Source: an uncultured delta proteobacterium (GTDB lineage Bacteria > Desulfobacterota > BSN033 > UBA1163). From it: a stretch of DNA of 64,000 nucleotides. Made by a program: the position numbers and the translations under genes. The stretch lies in contig CAVPSJ010000014.1 of NCBI GenBank assembly GCA_963708295.1, positions 96,001-160,000 on the forward strand, in the 5' to 3' direction. Position 1 is the first letter of the stretch, and each line of letters opens with the position of its first letter. This document shows, piece after piece, positions 60,793-64,000 of the stretch. The notes under the pieces are model-generated. The model did no database searches, was not told the origin of the DNA, and saw only the letters and a list, made by a program, of their open reading frames with translations.

Positions 60793-62015
60793 ATGAGTAA
60801 AAAGAGGACATTGAGACATTTAGGGTTATGTGTTTTTATTCTTACTGCATGTCTTGTCTCATTTAATGGTGCTTCTGCCCAAGAGAGGAAAGAGATCCTC
60901 ATTGGTGCTCCCCTTTCACTGAGTGGGATCCTGGCCATGGATGGGATTGAACAGCAATGGGCTTATGAGCAGTCGGTCAATGATATCAACAAGACCGGCG
61001 GCATTTTCGTCAAGGAATTCAACAAAAAGCTCCCGATAAAGCTTGTGGTGGCAGACGATGAGAGTGACTCCGGGTAAAGCAGCGGCTGCAGTGGAAAAGC
61101 TCATCAAGATTAACAATGTTGACTTGCTTCTCTCAACACATTCTACTCCTTTGGTTCTCCCGACCTGTGTGACGGCCGAGAAATATAAAAAACTTTATCA
61201 TGCCACCACCATATGGCCCCCCTTATGGGCAGAACAAAAATTCAAATGGTCCACCGCGTTTTTCTTTACACCGATGCAGGGGAGCGAGGTTCCATTTCTA
61301 ATATTTAAATCCTTGCCTGAATCTGAGAGACCGAAGAACCTGGCCCTCTTGATGGAGGACTCCATTGACGGACAGGCTTTTGGTGGAACCTTCAGGGAGA
61401 ATGCAAAAAAATACGGGTACACGTATGCCCTAGATGAGCCCTGGGCCGTGGGCGCAAAGGACTATTCATCCCAGATCCTGAAAGCAAAGGCCAAGAAAGT
61501 CGATGCCATGTTCATTTTTGGGTCTCCTCAGGACAGTATTACGTTGGTGAGGCAGATAAAAGAAAATGGGCTGAATGTGAAATATATCCATGGATGGAAA
61601 GGGACCTGGACCTCGGAGTTCTGGAGCGCCCTGGGCAAGGATGCGCAATATGTCATGCTGGATGGATTCTGGTCGGAATCCTATCCCTACCCCGGCGCCA
61701 AGGAACTTGGAGAAAGATATACCAAGAAGTTTAATAAGCGGTCTGTCAGTACCGGACTCTATTATGCGCTTGCACAGATCCTTTGGCAGGCCATCGAGAA
61801 GGCTGGCTCACTCGATTCAGCCAAGGTCAGACAGGCGATTGCCGGAAGGGAGTTTAAGGGAACGGTCATGGGCAATGTGAAATACGATAAGGACTGGGTT
61901 AGCTCTTTGCGAAAGCACAGGTAATCAGTGGTGGGACGGGAAACAGATGTTAGTGTACCCCTTTGTCAAAGGCGCCTGGAAGGTTAGAATGGCACCGCCG
62001 TGGGACAAGAGGTAA
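60793..62015 (+). CDS. Liv-type ABC substrate-binding protein (frameshifts ~61070 and ~61900)
   Basis: Signal peptide; ILIGAPLSLSG, ADDESD, KDYSSQILK, QAIEKAGSLD. Confidence 0.85.
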
Positions 62016-62116
62016 CTTTTTTAATGATTCGCTCAGCGGGGAGATAAGGCAAACCGATCTCCCCGCTGCGGACCTAAAGATGACGTTCAACGGCAGATCC
62101 GTAAGGAGGGATTATA

Positions 62117-62881
62117 ATGAAGTTAAAAAACAAAGTTGCCATTATTACAGGAGCTGGCCGGGGCATTGGGGCAGCCTTTGCTGTGGGTTTTGCAAAAGAA
62201 GGGGCGAAAATCGTCGTCGGTGACATCTTAGACGGGAAAGAGACTCTCGATGCTGTTGAGAAATCAGGCAGTAAGGCTATCTTTGTGAAGACCGACGTCA
62301 GCAAACAGGATCAATGCGATTTGTTAGCAAAGACAGCCTTGGATCACTTCGGTTCTATCGACATTTTAGTTAATAATGCAGGGTTGTTTGCCAATATCAT
62401 TCTAAGGCCTTTTACCGAAATATCGACGGAAGAGTGGATGCATGTGATGGAGGTAAACACTGCGGGTCCTTTCCACTGCACCAAGGCTGTTTTTCCTTAC
62501 ATGAAAGAAAAGGGAGGTAAGATCATCAACCTCTCCTCTGCATCTATTTTTGAAGGTGTTCCAGGGATGCCTCATTATGTCGCTTCAAAGGGAGCGATTA
62601 TGGCCTTTACCCGCTCCATGGCTCGGGAGTTGGGCCCTTACAACATTAATGTAAATTCGATCGCTCCCGGTTTTACACATTCTCCTGGCGGGGATCGGTT
62701 CGACAAGAACAAAGCTCTGCCCATCGGTCCTCTCGACGAAATACAACTCCCCCTGAGATGCCTCAAAAGAGCAGCTTATCCGGAAGACATTGTCGGAACC
62801 GCGATTTTTCTGGCTAGCGATGATAGTAACTTCATCACGGGACAGTTGATCGTACACGATGGTGGGATGTCCTTTCATTAA
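62117..62881 (+). CDS. SDR family oxidoreductase
   Basis: TGAGRGIG, NNAG, HYVASK. Confidence 0.92.
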   Translation: MKLKNKVAIITGAGRGIGAAFAVGFAKEGAKIVVGDILDGKETLDAVEKSGSKAIFVKTDVSKQDQCDLLAKTALDHFGSIDILVNNAGLFANIILRPFTEISTEEWMHVMEVNTAGPFHCTKAVFPYMKEKGGKIINLSSASIFEGVPGMPHYVASKGAIMAFTRSMARELGPYNINVNSIAPGFTHSPGGDRFDKNKALPIGPLDEIQLPLRCLKRAAYPEDIVGTAIFLASDDSNFITGQLIVHDGGMSFH

Positions 62882-62969
62882 ATGGACTGAACGTCTTTAA
62901 CGGAGCCGAGCATCATTGATTGGCAAGGGAGAATAAAAAAATAGGGTTTGAAAGGAGGATCATCATCAC

Positions 62970-64000
62970 GTGAGTCATAAGATCGAATTTGTCGATCAGA
63001 CCTTAAGAGATGCTCAACAGAGTCTGTGGGGTTTCACGATGAGAACCGATCACATGACCCCGATTGCGGAAATGATGGATAGAGTTGGTTACAGAGCCAT
63101 CGCGACCGTAGGAAGTCAGGCATTTACGGTGCAGGTACGCAATCTCAACGAGGATCCCTGGGAGAGGATCAGGATTCTTTCCAGGCTGATCACAAAAACC
63201 CCTCTTCGCGGGTCCTACCAGATCGGGAGTCTCTCCTCTTTCGATTTGAGTACGCCCCGTGATATCATCACCCTCTGGATAAAGCGGTCGGTTGCCAACG
63301 GGATAAAAAGCTTTTGGATTTGCGATTATCAGTATGAAATGGAGAAGTTTTGCCACTTCGCACGCATCGCCAAGGCTGAGGGAGCTGAAGTCGTACCGGC
63401 CCTGATGTATACCTCCAGCCCTGTCCATACGAAGGAACATTGGGCGCGAAAGACCAGGCGGATATTGGAGGCAAAGGATTATGTCGATCGGATCATGATC
63501 GAGGATGCATCAGGGGTGATTACGCCGGAAGGCACCCGGGAGCTGGTGTCCACCGTTCTAAAAAACTGCGACGGACTGCCCGTCGAGTTCCACTCCCACT
63601 GTAATTCGGGACTGGCTCCTCTGTGTTATCTGGAGGCGGTTCAATCCGGTGTCACGACCGTCCATACCGCGGTCGCACCTCTTGCCAACGGTACTTCCCT
63701 GCCTGCTACGGAGACGATCTTAAGAAATGCTCGCCGTCTGGGCTATTCCTCGGACCTGGATGAGGATGCGCTCGCCGCTGTGTCCGCCCATTTCAGGAAT
63801 ATTGCTGAAAAAGAAGGCCTGCCCATCGGTGTTCCCAGGGAATACGACCTCTTTCATTTTGAGCACCAAGTGCCCGGAGGAATGATGACCAATCTCACAC
63901 GACAGCTCAGGGAGGTGGGGATGGAGCACCGTCTGGACGAGATCCTGGAGGAGGTCGTGGTGGTCCGAAAGGAGTTTGGGTACCCTGTGATGGCAACACC
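62970..64000 (+). CDS. Pyruvate/oxaloacetate carboxyltransferase (PycB/OadA-like), partial at the window end
   Basis: FVDQTLRDAQQSLWG, EDPWERI, EFHSHCNSG, EHQVPGGMMTNL, EFGYPVMATP; missing from the ORF track because the stop lies outside the window. Confidence 0.88.
   Translation, partial: MSHKIEFVDQTLRDAQQSLWGFTMRTDHMTPIAEMMDRVGYRAIATVGSQAFTVQVRNLNEDPWERIRILSRLITKTPLRGSYQIGSLSSFDLSTPRDIITLWIKRSVANGIKSFWICDYQYEMEKFCHFARIAKAEGAEVVPALMYTSSPVHTKEHWARKTRRILEAKDYVDRIMIEDASGVITPEGTRELVSTVLKNCDGLPVEFHSHCNSGLAPLCYLEAVQSGVTTVHTAVAPLANGTSLPATETILRNARRLGYSSDLDEDALAAVSAHFRNIAEKEGLPIGVPREYDLFHFEHQVPGGMMTNLTRQLREVGMEHRLDEILEEVVVVRKEFGYPVMAT

Noticed and set aside
1-64000. CRISPR array or cas genes
   Set aside because: No regularly spaced 25-40 bp repeats with unique spacers; the repeats seen are REP-like hairpins or 7-8-mer arrays.

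Overview
Bacterial DNA, most likely from an anaerobic Desulfobacterota/deltaproteobacterium (inferred from gene content and REP-like repeats). About 18 genes carry single-base frameshifts, probably assembly errors. From left to right: (1) 0-6 kb, TAXI-TRAP transporter with two receptors, FadR/GntR regulator, NUDIX hydrolase and a polyferredoxin. (2) 5.8-12.4 kb, accessory patch with duplicated MFS genes around a split-Soret cytochrome c and an ArsR operon, plus an IS91-like remnant, an IPTL-CTERM remnant and a sigma54-driven small ORF. (3) 12.6-21.1 kb, Liv-type ABC transporter, cyclic amidohydrolase and a polyamine operon (XRE-cupin, pdaD, a deleted speE remnant, speB). (4) 21.3-33 kb, a block bracketed by two copies of one promoter/operator. 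It holds a signal-peptide-bearing dikinase with glucan-water-dikinase-like domain order, two exported SxxK serine hydrolases, an NTT nucleotide translocase, toxin-antitoxin debris and Bacteroidota-like CASDH-nspC. (5) 33-40 kb, core genes uvrA, GerMN, serS, two tRNA-Ser and tRNA-Arg. (6) 40-64 kb, catabolic region with an archaeal-type CTP-dependent riboflavin kinase, acyl-CoA dehydrogenase, a phenylphosphate-synthase-like pair, Tm-1-like, DUF2284, RutB-like, two more Liv ABC sets, SDRs and a carboxyltransferase. The best candidate for an undescribed system is the exported dikinase / serine hydrolase / NTT module. The second is the apparent replacement of SpeE by CASDH/CASDC under a duplicated promoter. 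All family calls come from motif recognition by eye; no searches were run.
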